Of a stretch of DNA of 64,000 nucleotides, positions 37,689-51,400 are shown piece after piece; the stretch's first letter is position 1, and every line of letters starts with the position of its first letter. The notes under the pieces are model-generated. The model saw nothing but the letters and a program-made list of their open reading frames with translations, was not told the DNA's origin and ran no database searches. The position numbers and the translations under genes were made by a program. Location of the stretch: assembly GCF_009914755.1 (NCBI RefSeq), contig NC_060947.1; one strand, written 5' to 3'. This stretch comes from the human T2T-CHM13v2.0 reference genome, Homo sapiens.

Positions 37689-40355
37689 AACTACAGGCCA
37701 ATAACTCTGATGAATATTGATGCAAAAACCTCAACAAAATACTAGCAAACCAAATTCAACAATACATTAAAAAATCATTCATCATCAGGTGGGATATATT
37801 GTAGAGATTCAAGGATGGTTCACCATAGACAAATAAGTCAGGTGATACATTATATCACTAGAATAAAGGACAAAAAGCATATGATTAGTTCAATTGATGC
37901 TGAAAAAGCACTGGAGAAAATTCAACATTGCTTCACAATAAAAGCCCTCAAAAAACTGGGTGTAGAAGGAACATACCTCAACATGATAAAAGCCATGTAT
38001 GGCAGACTCACAGCTAGTATCATACTAAATGGGGAAAAACTGAGGCCCTTTTCTCTAAGATCTGGAACATGACAAAGGTACCCACTTTCACCACTGTTAT
38101 TCAACATAGTACTAGAAGTCCTAGCTAGAACAATAAGGCCAGGGAAAGAAATAAATGGTACCCGAATTGGAAAGGAAGAAGTCAAATTATCCTTGTTTGC
38201 AGATAATATGATCTTATATTTGGAAAAACCTAAATACTCCATCAAAAAAACCTATTAAAACTGATAAACCAATTCAGTAAAGTTAAAAGATACAAAACCA
38301 ACATTCAAAAATCAGTAGCATTTCTATATGCCAACAGTGAACAATCTGAAAAAGAAATAAAATGTAATACCATTTGTAATAGCCACAAAGAAAATTACTT
38401 TGTGGCTATTACAAATACTTAGGCATTAACTTAACCAAAGAAGTGAAAGATCTCTGTAATCAAAACTATAAGACACTGATTTGAAAAATTGAAGAAGACA
38501 CAAAAAATGGAAAGATATTCCAAGCTCAAGAATTGGAAGAATGAATATTGTTAAAATGTCCATACTACCCAAAGTAATCTACAGATTCAATGCAATTCTT
38601 ATCAAAATATCAATGACCTTCTTCACAGAAATAGAAAAAAACAACCCTAACATTTACATGAAACCACAAAAGACCCAGAATAGCCAAAGCTATGCTGAGC
38701 AAAAGGAATAAAAATAAAGGAATCACATTACCTGACTTCAAATTATACTACCAAGCTATAGTAACCAAAACAGCATGGTACTGGCATAAAAACAGACACA
38801 TAGAGCAATGGAACAGAAGAGAGAACCCAGAAATAAATCCATGTACCTACAGGGAACTCATTTTCTACAAAGGTGCCAAGAAATACATTAGGGGAAAAGA
38901 CAGTCTCTTCAATAAATAGCACTGGGAAAATTGGATATCCATATGCAGAAGAATGAAACTATACTGCTATCTCTCATTAAATACAAAAATCAAATCAAAA
39001 TGGATTAAAGACTTAAATCTAAGACCTCAAACTATGAAACTACTACAAGAAAACTTTGGAGAAGCTCTCTAGGACATTGGTCTGGGCAAAAATTTCTTAA
39101 GTAATTCCTGGGTGATACCAACAAGCACAGGCAACAACCAAAGCAAAAATGGACAAATGAGATCACATCAAGTTAAAAAAACTTTAGCACAGCAAAGAAA
39201 ACAATCAACAAAGTGAAGAGACAACCCACAGAATGGGAGAAAATATTTGCAAACTACCCATCTGACAAGGAATTAATAACCAGAATACATAAGAAGCTCA
39301 AACAACTCTATAGGAAAAAAATCTAATAATCCAATTTTAAAAATGGGCAAAAGATCTGAATAGACATTTCTCAAAAGAAGACATACAAATGGCAAACAGG
39401 CACATGAAAAGGTGCTCAACATCATTGAACATCAGAATAATGCAAATCAAAGCTACAACGAGATATCATATCACCCCAATTAAAATAGCTTTTATTGAAA
39501 AGACAGGCAATCACCAATGCTGCTGAGAATGTAGTCAAAAGGAAACCCCCACACACTGTTGGTGATAATGTAAATTAATACAACCATTATGGAGGACAGT
39601 TTGGATGTTCCTTAATATACTAAAAATAGACCTACCATATGATCCAGCAATCCCACTACTGGGTATATACCCAAAAGAAAGGAAGTAAATATATCAAAGA
39701 GATAAGAAGTCAGTATATCAAAGAGGTATCTGCAGTCCCATGTTTGTTGCAACACTGTTCACAATAGCCAAGATTTGAAAGCAACCTAAGTGTCCATCAA
39801 CAGATGAATGGATAAAGAAAATGTGGTACACATACACAATGGGGTACTATTCAGCCATAAAAGAGAATGGGATCCTGTCATTTGCAACAAAATGGATGGA
39901 ACTGGAGGTTATTATGTTAAGTGAAATAAGCCAGGCACAGAAAAGCAAACTTTGCCTATTCTCACTTATTTTGGGGAGCTTAAAATTAAAACAATTGAAT
40001 TCATGGAGATAGAGAGTAGAAGGATGGTTACCAGAGGCTGAGAAGGGTAGTGGGGGGAAGTGGGGAAGTGAGGGGGAAGTGAGGATGGTTAATGGGCACA
40101 AAAAATAGAAAGAATGAATAAGGCCTAGTATTCTAAAGTACAATGAGGTGACTATAGTCAGTAATAATTTAATTGTACACTTTAAAATAACAAAGAGTAT
40201 AATTGGATTGTTTTAACACAAAGGATAAATGCTTGAGGGGATGGTTACTTCATTCTCCATGATGTGATTATTACGCATTGCATGCCTATATCAAAGTATC
40301 TCATGTACCCCATAATTATATACACCTATGTACCCACAAAAATTAAAAATTAAAA
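35592..40355 (+). mobile_element. L1MA2-like element: 5'UTR, most of ORF2 and 3'UTR; ORF1 and endonuclease missing
   Basis: Starts ggagagaggtggagcaagatgg; ORF2 fragments [49 protein letters not shown]; RT core tttgcagataatatg; L1MA-type 3'UTR ending cccacaaaaattaaaaattaaaa. Confidence 0.9.
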
Positions 40356-40365
40356 CATATATAAA

Positions 40366-41045
40366 AATAATGTTGATGAGGATGTAGAGAAATTAAAACC
40401 CTTGTACATTGCTGGTGGGAATGTAAAATGGTTCAGCCAGTAAGGAAAGGAGTTTAGTGATTCCTCAAAAAGTTAAATGTAAAATTACCAGAATACCCCG
40501 TGATTCCACTCCTAGGTATGTACCCGAAAAAACTAAATTGATATTCAAAGAAATATGTATACATACATGTTCATAATAGCACTATTCACAATAGCCAAAA
40601 GATAGAAACTGCCAAAATGTCCATCAATGGATAAATAAATAAGCAAATCATGGTATATACATACAATGGAATTTTATTCAGCTGTAAAAAAGAATGAATT
40701 CCTGATACATACTACAGTATGGATGAACCTTTAAAACATGATGCTAAGTTAAACAAGCCAGGCACAAATGGTTACGTTGTATGATTCCATTTATATTAAA
40801 TATCCATAATAGGCAAACCCATACAGACAGAAAGCAGATTAATGGTTTCCAGGGGCTAAGGGAACAGGAATGGGGAGTGACTGCTCAGTGGGTACATCCC
40901 CCATTGGGGGGATGAAAATATTTCAGAACTAGATAAATGTGGTGGTTGCATAACATTGTTAATGTACTAAACCTCACTGACTTGTTTACTTTAAAATGGC
41001 TAATTTTATGTTCTGCAAATTTCACCTAAATAAAATTTAAAAATT
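40366..41045 (+). mobile_element. L1MB-type 3' end, right piece
   Basis: Resumes tgttgatgaggatgtagagaaatt; ends actttaaaatggctaattttatgtt...tttcacctaaataaaa. Confidence 0.82.
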
Positions 41046-41259
41046 AAAAAAGAAATCTCAGGAAAACTGAAAGTATAGACATTGAAAACCCCTAAAGCTT
41101 ACTAAATATCTGTGCCAAAGCAGAGAACTGGGCTTGTTTTCCTAGTTCCTTTCTATGATACTTTTTTCTGCATTCACATGTTTGGGGACCATTAAACATA
41201 ATCCATAATATCCTCCACCATGTTTCTTTTCTACTTTATTTCATGGAATTCTTGGTGTC

Positions 41260-41845
41260 TATATTAGTTTCCTATTGCTGAGCAACAAACTACCACAATC
41301 TTAGTGGCTTTAAACAACACATGTTTATTACTCACAATTTCCCTGCATCTGTAATCTGGTGTGGAGCTAGGTCCTCTACACAGGGCTTTACAGAGCCGCA
41401 AGCTACTGACTGGACCGCATGCTAATGTAGAAGCTTGACTGTGGAAGAATCAACTTCCAAGTTCCTTCAGTTTGTTGGGAGAATTCATTTTCTTGAAACT
41501 GTAGGACTGTGTATTCTGGTATTTTTCTGGCCAGTGAATAGAGGCCATGCTTAGCTCCTAGAGGCCATCCTCATGTTCTAGGGGTTATCTGTAGTTCCTT
41601 GCCATGGGACCTTCTCCATAATGGTCATTTACTAAATCATTCTTATGAGGAGAGTCTCATTCCAGTTTGCAAAGATGCAGTCTTATATAAAGTGACATAA
41701 TCTTAAAAGTGAAACCTCATGACTTCTACCATATTTTGTTGGCAAGTCATGGGTTCTGCTTATACTCAGTGACAGAGATCATGTGCTTGTGTGAACACCA
41801 GGAGGTGGGACTCACTGGGGGTCATTTTAGGTTGTGTCTGCTACA
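41260..41845 (-). mobile_element. MLT1E-like MaLR solo LTR
   Basis: tattagtttcctattgctg...actaccacaatcttagtggctttaaacaacac...ctgctaca; TSD GTGTC/GGGTC. Confidence 0.78.
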
Positions 41846-43874
41846 GGGTCTAATCCTTAACAGCATTTCAAAATGAGATCCAGTGTTTCAGGCATAAACA
41901 CTTCCATAATTAGTCCATGGAAGTAATGATTCCATAAACTATCATGTAAAACAAGGAGTCAAGCTCTTATCGTTGCCTATAAAGATTCCACACCTTTGAA
42001 CTTACTTTGTCTTTTTTCTGGAAAGACAGAAATAAATGATAAGATTTCAATAGACCATGGAGGTGTACACTATACTAGAATTTCTAACCTCTATTCCATC
42101 AACAGGTAGGGATTTAAATTTAGATGCTAATTGTAATTGAATAGACTTTTCAAGTCAAGCTTAAGGATATTGATTACTTGTAAAAGCCTCACCCTTCTCA
42201 CACCCTTTTGAACCAGAAATATTTCTTCTTTGCTTTGAGCAGTAGGATAACTGATTTTCTTTAAATTTAAGTCATTTGCCTTTTAGTTACCTAAAAACAT
42301 TTAATAAACTAAGATATAAAAACTTTTATAAACTAAAAACATGTAAACTAAGATACATACTTTATCAGCGTCAAAGGTACTTCTCCTCTAAACAGAGTAG
42401 GAGATAACAATACCTTTGACGTTGATAAAGCACGTATCTTAGTTGATATGCATTACAGCGACTCCGAAGAGCTGAGCTGATTTTAGGTTTGCTTGCCCTA
42501 ATTGCAAAGACTGGCCAATTGTAATTGCATTGAAGTTTTATTGCAAGTGCACTCACATCCAGATCACAGGGAACCATTGTATTTTTTATATCTAGACTAC
42601 TATCCAATGATTTAGAAGATCTGCTCTAATTTTATTCAGTGTGTTCTTTCTGAGTGCTATAATAGGCTTTTGTTTGCACGCAGGCACCTAATTAAAAGAG
42701 AAAAAAAAAATCCCTTGTTAAAATCAGCTGGGAATAATCAGAATGATCATTCCATGGCTCATAAATATTACATGAGCAATATGGGCGCATCAGTAATATT
42801 TAACTGTTTTCCAGTTTCACTTAAAACTTTTTATTCTAAAAGTCTGCAAGCCCAGGAGAAGATTAGTACTTTAAATTCTTAATCACAAGAAGAGCTCACA
42901 GGATTTCTATTTACAGAGATTTGGTTTATTTATACATATTCAAGGTTTATTACAAAACCAACATGCTATTGCTGTGGCCATGTTTTTAGTCTTTCAGTAT
43001 AGGAACCTAATGTGGCTTACCCAGAGTCCCCAGGGTGAGATGCCTGCATTCCCTGGATGTTTTGCACTTCAATATTTTGATTGCCCTTTTTTGTTGTAAT
43101 TTGAATTCCACTGCCTTTAGAGAACTTGGAGCAAAGGGATATGATTACATCAATCTTTAAAAAAAATAAGTCAGATAGAGCTTTCATTCAAAAATTGTAT
43201 CTGGAATTCCAGAAAAGAAATGCAAAGAGGAAAATAAATAGGTGGTGAAGAAATTTACTTAGAGGGCGAAGAAAATTCAAGCCCCACTGGAGTTCTATTT
43301 ATCACCTGCTATTTGCCCTCAACCTCTAGCAGCATGGTGGCCTCTTTGTGGCCTCACAAGCCACTTCGGCATTATTCCTCCTCAGTTTGCTGTCTCTTCT
43401 TGGTGGAAGGTAAGGGAGTAGAGGTGGGATTCAGGGTGATGAAAAGACCCTTGAGTTCCCCCTGGAGGCTCAAATGCACAACCAACAAATACTGCATTCC
43501 AACACAATCAATGATGTAATGATGTATGACTTTCCTGGTCCTTTGTTTTTTTTTTTTTGGTTTTGTTTTGTTTTGTTTTTGCAAATGATACAATTCCTCC
43601 ATTTAAAAATAAGGTTTTATTCCAATTGTAGTTTATTTTTTTCTGTTTACCAAACACCTTTTTAACTGGAGAGAATAGGTTATTTTTATATCTTTTTCTA
43701 AAACATTAGGCTTTTCAGATAACAATGTCTATGGGGTACCTGCTGTGGCTACATCCCTATATTAAGCATCATGGGTGATTACATTTATGGAGAAGGTATG
43801 GGTACCCTCCCTCCCCCACAGGTTGTAAGCAAATCAGGGGCCATGAATAGGAATTCTAATTGTGTCTCCAGTCC

Positions 43875-44091
43875 TGAGTTTTTCAGCCTTAGCACAATGG
43901 ACATTTGGAGCTGGATAATTCCTTGTGGTGGAGGGCTATCCTACACATTGTGTGACGCCTAACAGTGACCCTAGCCTCTACTCACTAGATGTCTGTTATC
44001 CCCCTGCCAGTTGTGACAGCCACAAATGTCTCCAAACATTGACAAATGCACCCTGGTTGCAGGCAAAATTGCTCCCTGTTGATAACCACTG
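43875..44091 (-). mobile_element. MER20 hAT MITE
   Basis: gacatttggagctggataattc...aaatgtctccaaacattg...gttgataaccactg. Confidence 0.85.
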
Positions 44092-44604
44092 GTCTTGGGA
44101 AACCATAAGGGATGGAAATAGAGAGTACAAAAACAAAAACAAAAACAGAAACATTCATTTTAAATCAACGTGTTCTATAGATTACTATGTCTATCTTGAG
44201 CCAGAGATGTGTTGTATAAGTCAGGGATCTGACACTAGCATTTTTGTGAAAACAAAGCTCTGCATCTTCATGCTCTTTAAAGTTACTTTTCAAGAGTTTT
44301 TGTGCTGCATTAATTTCAAGAGCTACAATGAGTTTAAAGGAATACAGTCAGTTTTTTGCTCTTTAATACATTTTCAAGTAGGTATTTGTAAATATGTCTG
44401 AGGGCAAAGAATATTCAGTGAAGGAAGAACATAAGCTCTTGACTAGGGTCCAATTCTGCTAATTATTTTGTGATGAACAGGTTTCCTGATTTTTTTTTCC
44501 AAAGAGTGATTTATGTACTAATAGCAACTGCAACAGAATGAAAATATGAGGTGATAAATTTAAGGTTACTGGTGTTTGCAAGTAAGGCCTGTCTTCATAT
44601 AGAC

Positions 44605-44823
44605 CAGTGCTTCTCAACTGAGTGATTTTGCCCCCCCAGAAGACATTTGGCAGTGTCTAGGGATTTTTTGTTTTCACAATTGCACGAAGGGGTGCAATTG
44701 GCATCTAGTGGGTAGAGGCCATGGATGCTATTAAACATCCTACAATGCACAGGACAGCCCCTACTCACTGAGAAAGAATTCTCCAGCCCCAAAGGTCCAT
44801 AGTGCCAAAGTTCAAAAGCCCTG
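44605..44823 (+). mobile_element. MER20 hAT MITE
   Basis: cagtgcttctcaact...ggcatctagtgggtagaggcca...aaacatcctacaatgcacaggacagccc. Confidence 0.9.
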
Positions 44824-47179
44824 GCACAGATATAGGAGAACGATGGATTTTATCACAAAAGGTGACTTGAAAGTCAGAGGGATGTTATTTTTTCCCAAAA
44901 TTACTCCCCTAATGGCCTGTGGAATTTCATTCCTTTGGCTCTAGTACAGACCTCTCATTCTCTTCTTTTAAAAGGCAGATAATCTTGGGAGAGGTAAAAT
45001 ACTGAGTTACTACAATATAGTCAGGACCCTATAGATGATTTGCTCTTGTGATAAGAAGATTGCAGGATAGAGTACTTTTGAGGAGTGCGTTTGAGAGTCG
45101 AAGAAGAGTATTTGACTTACGGGGGGAGCTGCTGAAAGAGGCAATGGAGTCTGTTAAGTTTGTCCTCAATTTCTTATATCATTTCCTGTGGTTGGTTGTT
45201 TCTTTGGTTCACACACACGATGGCAAACTGTATGTTCAGGTGTGTATGTGTATGCATAAGAGTTGTATTTTACATTAGATCTAAAATACTATTTCTATCA
45301 GATGAACTTCCCATGCTTTCTAGGTCTTCACTTTGTGAGTGATAAGGGGGCTTATTCATCTCAGTAACTTGAACAGCCCAGAGTTTACACTTAGTCCATA
45401 GACTTCTAGAAGACATCAGTTCTGTAAGAATTGATGCTTAGTCTTTCATTCCAGCTCTGCTTCCATGTTTTTCCTTCTCATTGTTGCATATTTGATGTGT
45501 TATGTCTGCTCTGAAGTAGGCCTAGAATAATTTGAAATACTGGTATCACTTTAAAAATCCTTTTTTCCTGGTTACTTTTCCACTTAAGGCTCTAAAATAC
45601 TTGCAACACTTCTCTTTTTTTTCTATCAAAACAGCTTGAATAAGTGGTCTTTGGGCCTTTATGTTTTCTAGAATAAGTACTTTCTCTGTGTGCTGAAATG
45701 TTTCTCATTGCCAAATTACAGTTCTTTACAATGAAAGTGGGTTTAATTAAGAGTTTAAAAGAAACTTTCCAAAGAGATCTGAAGAACAAAGTTGATCACC
45801 AATAATGTCACACTACAGTTCTTTGAGACACAGCAGTCCCTAAAATTGGGCTTTCCTGACATCTGTTTCTTCACAGTGACATACTGTAGCATCTTATTAT
45901 TTTTTTTCAGGCACAGATCAGCCTGGAAGAGGTCCCAGAGAAATTTAATTTTGTCATTCCAATCGTTCCCACTCTTGCTTGGGTCCTTCTATCTTTATTT
46001 TCTGAGGTTTCCCATTTTAGCTGCCAGTAAGCTGTAAATAGAGTTTAATCTTCAATATTTCAGACTTCTTTCCTTAACCAACAGGCACAAGGGAAGATTC
46101 TACTTGGAAAATACTCCTTAAAATTGAAGATAATAGATTTTTGGATATCTTTTACCACTTAGGTATTTAAACATGCATTTATATAAAGTATTAATAAAAA
46201 CTTATTTAAATTGTCAAAATCTCACTGTGTCTGTCACCATAATTGCTAATATAATCCTTCTTGGTCATTCAAAGGCTTTGGCCAAACAAGCATATCAACT
46301 TCTCTTCTCATTTGGCATCTGTCGTTCCTGGGGACCATACTGTAGTTGAACTAGAAGTGTGGATAAAATGATTCACTTATGTGGTTGAATGTCCATTTCC
46401 ATAATTAATATCAAAATACATTTGAAATAGCATAAGAGTGCTCCAACCTTTATGTGCGTTAGGACGTGGCTGAAATATTGGAGACAGGAAGTGGTCTTCA
46501 AGCAAATTTCACATTTTATAAGTGCATCAAGGCCATTTTTTTCAGAATCTTTTGGCAATATTACTTTAAAAATAAGTGAGTTCTGTTTCATAATCAACAA
46601 TGGAACTTAAAATTGTCCCCCAGATTTGCCAGGCATAAAGATTTGGTTGTCTAGATAGGCTCTCCATTTATAAAAAGAAAAAAAAATAAAGCAGACAGTA
46701 TACCTAAAAAATATAATTCCATTAGGTAGTGCATTGATTTTTGTAACACAATGTGCTGCCTCTTTGATAAATTATGGAAGTTGCTACATTTCTGTCAGAT
46801 GACAAGGGGGAAAATTAAGAAAACATTGAAATATTTGCTTCTGGAAAATTCTGGAAAACTATAAATAGTGTGTGCTTTAGCAGAAGATTCCCTCTCCAGA
46901 CACCCTTTTGAACCTCCCTCACTGCCTTTGCAAAGAAAATAATTAAGGATTAACAATCATGTTCCCAGAGTGGTGACAATTAGTTTGAGAAGATTCTCCG
47001 GGTAAGATATGATTGTGACTTTAGGAAATGCATCTATTGTGCTCATCTTTCATCTTTTAACTCCCACAATAGGTATAAACATTTAAAATATAAGCTGCAA
47101 ATAAAACAAAATTCTTTCAGAGGAAAACAATAATGCTTCCTTTGTGAAATCATTTGCTGTTGCTATTAATTGTACAGCC

Positions 47180-47900
47180 CTTGAGGCTGTAGACAATGGT
47201 TTGTCTTTTTTCAGTCAATATGAATCACAGTGCCTGGCACATAGTAGGTGCTTAATCATAGGTTATCAAGCAAATATCTATTACCTATTATGTTTAGTCA
47301 TTCTGCAAAGAACTTTGGTGGGGGAAGGGAGGCAAGAGAATATAGAAAATGTGATGTAGTTCCGCCTTTCAAGGAGATTTCAAGGTAGCTGGGAAGACAA
47401 GATAGACATATATGCATATATACAAAATCAGTGCTTAATTAAATGTTTCTGGGATATAGATTGAAAATGCCGTAGGAATGTATAGTCCTTGCAGCTCTAA
47501 AAAGTCTGGAGAGGGTGATTACTACATGGCTTAAAATGAAGCATAGACAGAGTGAAAAGAGGAAGTGAATATTCTAAATGGACTTCAGTATGAGGGAGGT
47601 TCTTCTGTCTAAACAAAGGCATGGCGTTGAGAATTAGCCTGGGATGCAAAAGGGGATTTAACTATTTGGTGGTGTTAGGAAACAAGGCAGAATTTTAACC
47701 TGAAATAATATGTAATAGCAAGCCCTGAAGATTATGAGATAGGGTATGACATGAAGGGGCATTTAAGAAAAATGGTTTAGACGTAGACTTCAGAATAAAT
47801 GGGAACCAAGCAAAACTAGGCTCAAAGATGTTGGTTAGGAGGCTGCTTCAGTAATTCAATTCTAATGAAGGATTGGAAAAATATCTTCTTGGTAGTTTGG
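47180..47900. mobile_element. L2 fragments
   Basis: cacagtgcctggcacatagtaggtgctta and purine-rich L2-like sequence. Confidence 0.55.
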
Positions 47901-47967
47901 ATTTGGAAGAAGAAGGAGTTCAAGGTTGAAAGGAAAGTACAAATTGTCATATTTCCTAACATGCAAG

Positions 47968-48427
47968 TATTAGTCACTTACTGCTGTGGTAATGCTGTGT
48001 AACAAATCCCTCCCAAATTTAGTGGCTTACAATAATATGCATTTACTTATCTTGCTTATAAGTCTTTGGGCTGGCCAGGGTGGCTTTGTTTCTGGCTGCA
48101 ACTTGGTGGGGCTTGGTTCTAGGTTTTGGAATCTGTGCACCAGGCTTTGAATTTCAGGCTTCACTTCTACAACATGGGTCTCATGGGGCCCAGACTGAAG
48201 GAACAGAGGCTACCTAGGATATTCTCTTCTTATGGTCATCATAGGAGGGCAAAAGGCCAAGCCAATTTGCACAAACATATTTAAGACTTCTCTTCAAGTT
48301 ATATTTCTTTGGTCAAAGTAAGTCACATGGCAAAGCCCAAATCAATGGGGCAGGGAAGTACTTAATGTACCTCAAGGAGAAGAGAGGCTAAGTGAGTATT
48401 TTCTGGGCAATAATCCAAACTTTCACA
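47968..48427 (-). mobile_element. Old MLT1 (H/I/J-like) LTR
   Basis: tgctgtgtaacaaatccctcccaaatttagtggcttac...aagtcacatggcaaagcccaaatcaatggggcagggaagtac. Confidence 0.75.
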
Positions 48428-51400
48428 ATTGGTGTGATTTTTCTGAAATGCATCTGCAAATGTCATTAACCTTAAAACCTTTACATGGCTCCCTGCTTGT
48501 GTAAAAGTCACACTTTTTACTAAATAGGGTTCTTCACAATCTCCTCACATTTCTATCCTTCTTCTGCTGTGTTCCCACACCTATCTTTTATTCTGATCGC
48601 AATGACCTATTTCCAATTCATCATGAAGTTTTATGCCTTTTTATGACACAGTGTTCTTTGTGCCTAAATGCTCCTTCTGTCCTTTCAGTCCCTCAAGTCT
48701 CTAAGTGTTGAAGGATTTTCTGATTCCCACCCCCTGCAAGGCCGCAATCAATGTTACTTATCTTTATTCCCAGATAGTTTATGTGTAACTCCGGCATAAC
48801 ACCTACTACATTTTGATGCTGTGCCCTGAGGGTTGGACATGTGGCTCATTGATCTATATATCCCTTTCATGTGTGGACTGAATGAGACAGATAATGATGG
48901 TGCCCTTAGAAAGAATTGGGAACTTGGGAAGCAGAACCAAAGGTTTTCTTTGTTTTGTTTTTGTGGTTGTTATTGTGTAGGGGGATGAGAGATAGGAAAA
49001 TGAAGATTCTTCTGTTTTGGCATTTTTAGGTGTGAGGTGAGGGCAGGACATCCATTAGCTGAAAGTAGGGTCTGGAACAAAGTTGAGAGATCTAGGTGAG
49101 AAAATCCAATTTGGCTACCATCGCATTAAACTTAGATTGAAATCTAGACCATGGCCTTACTGTCTTTTCTGCCTAACTGCAGTCTAAAATCCTGTTTTTG
49201 AAAGTTCTGCCGAAAAAGGGGATTGTTTAAAAAATCTCTTTGTAGTCAATCCATAAATCATATCCAAACCATAGGTAATGTGTGATTGTTCATACTCAGA
49301 GGATAAATTATTGTTTTCATTAGCTTTATGTAACCTACCTCCAAAATTTTTATTTCTTAGTATTGATGAAAAGTTATGAAAACTTTGAATGTTTCTTTAG
49401 GAAACAACTTGTCTTTCCAAACAGCTTGCATCAGGAGCAGCTGCACAGTCACTTAAACAAACTAGTTGACTAAGTGCTTTTCAGTTTGTATGGGAAGATA
49501 TTTTTCCTTTGCTTAATAATAATAAAAGAGAAATATGCTTTACTTTCTTAATGCAGGGACAGTTCAGGATCCCTATCTATATAAGCTGTGTAATCTCTGG
49601 ATAATTTTATGTGTCTATGGGATACACAGTAAATAATAGTTGATCATCTGACCGCTATTGTATAAGGATCTCATCTAGAAAGCCCTTGCACGTGCTGCCT
49701 CCTGGAGGGGGCTTGGAAGATGGTTTCCTGTGGAACTGCCTCACCTACCACATAACTTTATCCTGGGAGCTGATATCCTGTTTCTATCCATGTCCACAGG
49801 GCTGGCACCCCTGAGAGTTGCCATATTTGTCCATGATGTGCCACTCAATCTAAAAGCAATAAAGATATTGCTAGCTATACAACATCCAAACTGAATAGTT
49901 CAGCTTGCACCATCTCTATGATAAGCATTCCAAAGAAACCCAAGAAGGAAAGAGATCTAGAAACAGCACAGTCTCATAAATTAACATGGAGTATTAATAA
50001 TGAAACAGTAACCATTGAATCAGAAAACCTTCAAGTTGAGTGAATGTTCTTTAGCAATTCTGATAAAAGCAAATGCATTAAGATAAACAACATTGGGTGT
50101 ATTGCACCTATTCCCTCAATTTGACGTTAAAGCATGTTTGAAACATAATGGGGGAAGTTAGAGCAGTTGACAAATTTACCATGGCAAGATAAGTTAGCAC
50201 ATGCAAAGCAACGTGACAATCATACTTGTGACAATCACATGGGGACTGGGTCTGCATCTCCTGCTGCTGATAACAGTACAGACTCTTAAAAGGTAGAAAG
50301 CAAATCGGAATGGGAGATTACAGGGAAACAGGCAGAGGAAGCAATTAGCAAATAGAACACACCAGCTCCCTCAACTAAAAACCTCTTCACAGAATGATTA
50401 TGAACATCTGTGCATGCTGCTGATGGCTCTGTCTGTCTTTGGGAGCCCATCAGCGATATTCAAAACGTAGTATAGACGAGCCTTTCCTTGTCACCACATC
50501 AAGCACACCATGAAAAGATTTTCTGTGCTTTGCATTCTCTCCTACTCTTTGACGAAAAGAACTCAACTTGACATTTAAAAAGCCCATGCTTCAGAATTAA
50601 GCTTGAGGTGATAAAATGATATGCCTTCTCAGATTTATTACTTTTTTAATTATACCAAATCACACATCCTAATGATATTTTTAAAAACCCACTTTATTGT
50701 ATTTTACCCACTTGAACTCTTTTACCATCTCTGTTCTACCCCCTCTCAGCTCCTACCACATGAAATATTTTCTGTAGGTTTTCATACAAGCTTGGATTAA
50801 TTTGCCCCAATTAATTTTGGCATAGAGTAGAGCTGTGAAAAAATCTGTGAAGATTTTGTTACATGGAGATAAAGTGGTACATAAGCCAAAGAAGCATATC
50901 TGTATTTCAACTCTTATTTTAAAATATCCCTACAACAGTGATTGGAATTATGCAGGAGAAACAAAGGTGCAGTGAGTCAAATACAAGGCAGTTTTGATAT
51001 AAATATGCAGCAGTATTTAACAGAAAAAGTTCAATTATAGTACTAGTATAATAGTTCGAAGATAGATGATTGGCTTATAGAGAAATTGTCAAACATGAGG
51101 CTGAGTTCAGGTTGGTCAGAGCCATCCTCTACTCATTCTTTCCTATTTACAGTAGCTGCCTTGGAATATAATTTCCTTGCCCAGAACATACTTCCCTCTC
51201 CCTTCTTCAGTTTACAATCATACTTTTCCAGACTGAACTCAGGCATCACCCACCCCAGAAGGTCTTTCCAATCCCTCAAACTAGATTTGGTGTCTTTTCT
51301 CTCTGCAACTATAACATCCTCTGGCTACCTTCTTTATCACACTGAATTACTTTACTCATTTGGGAGCTTTTTCCTCATAAAATTGCGTCTTTCATTTCTT

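Noticed and set aside
36846-40012. L1 ORF2 as a functional CDS
   Set aside because: Many stops and frameshifts, EN domain absent, RT motif reads FADN instead of FADD.
43925-44401. 158-aa ORF
   Set aside because: Begins within MER20 and runs into AT-rich sequence; no domain similarity.
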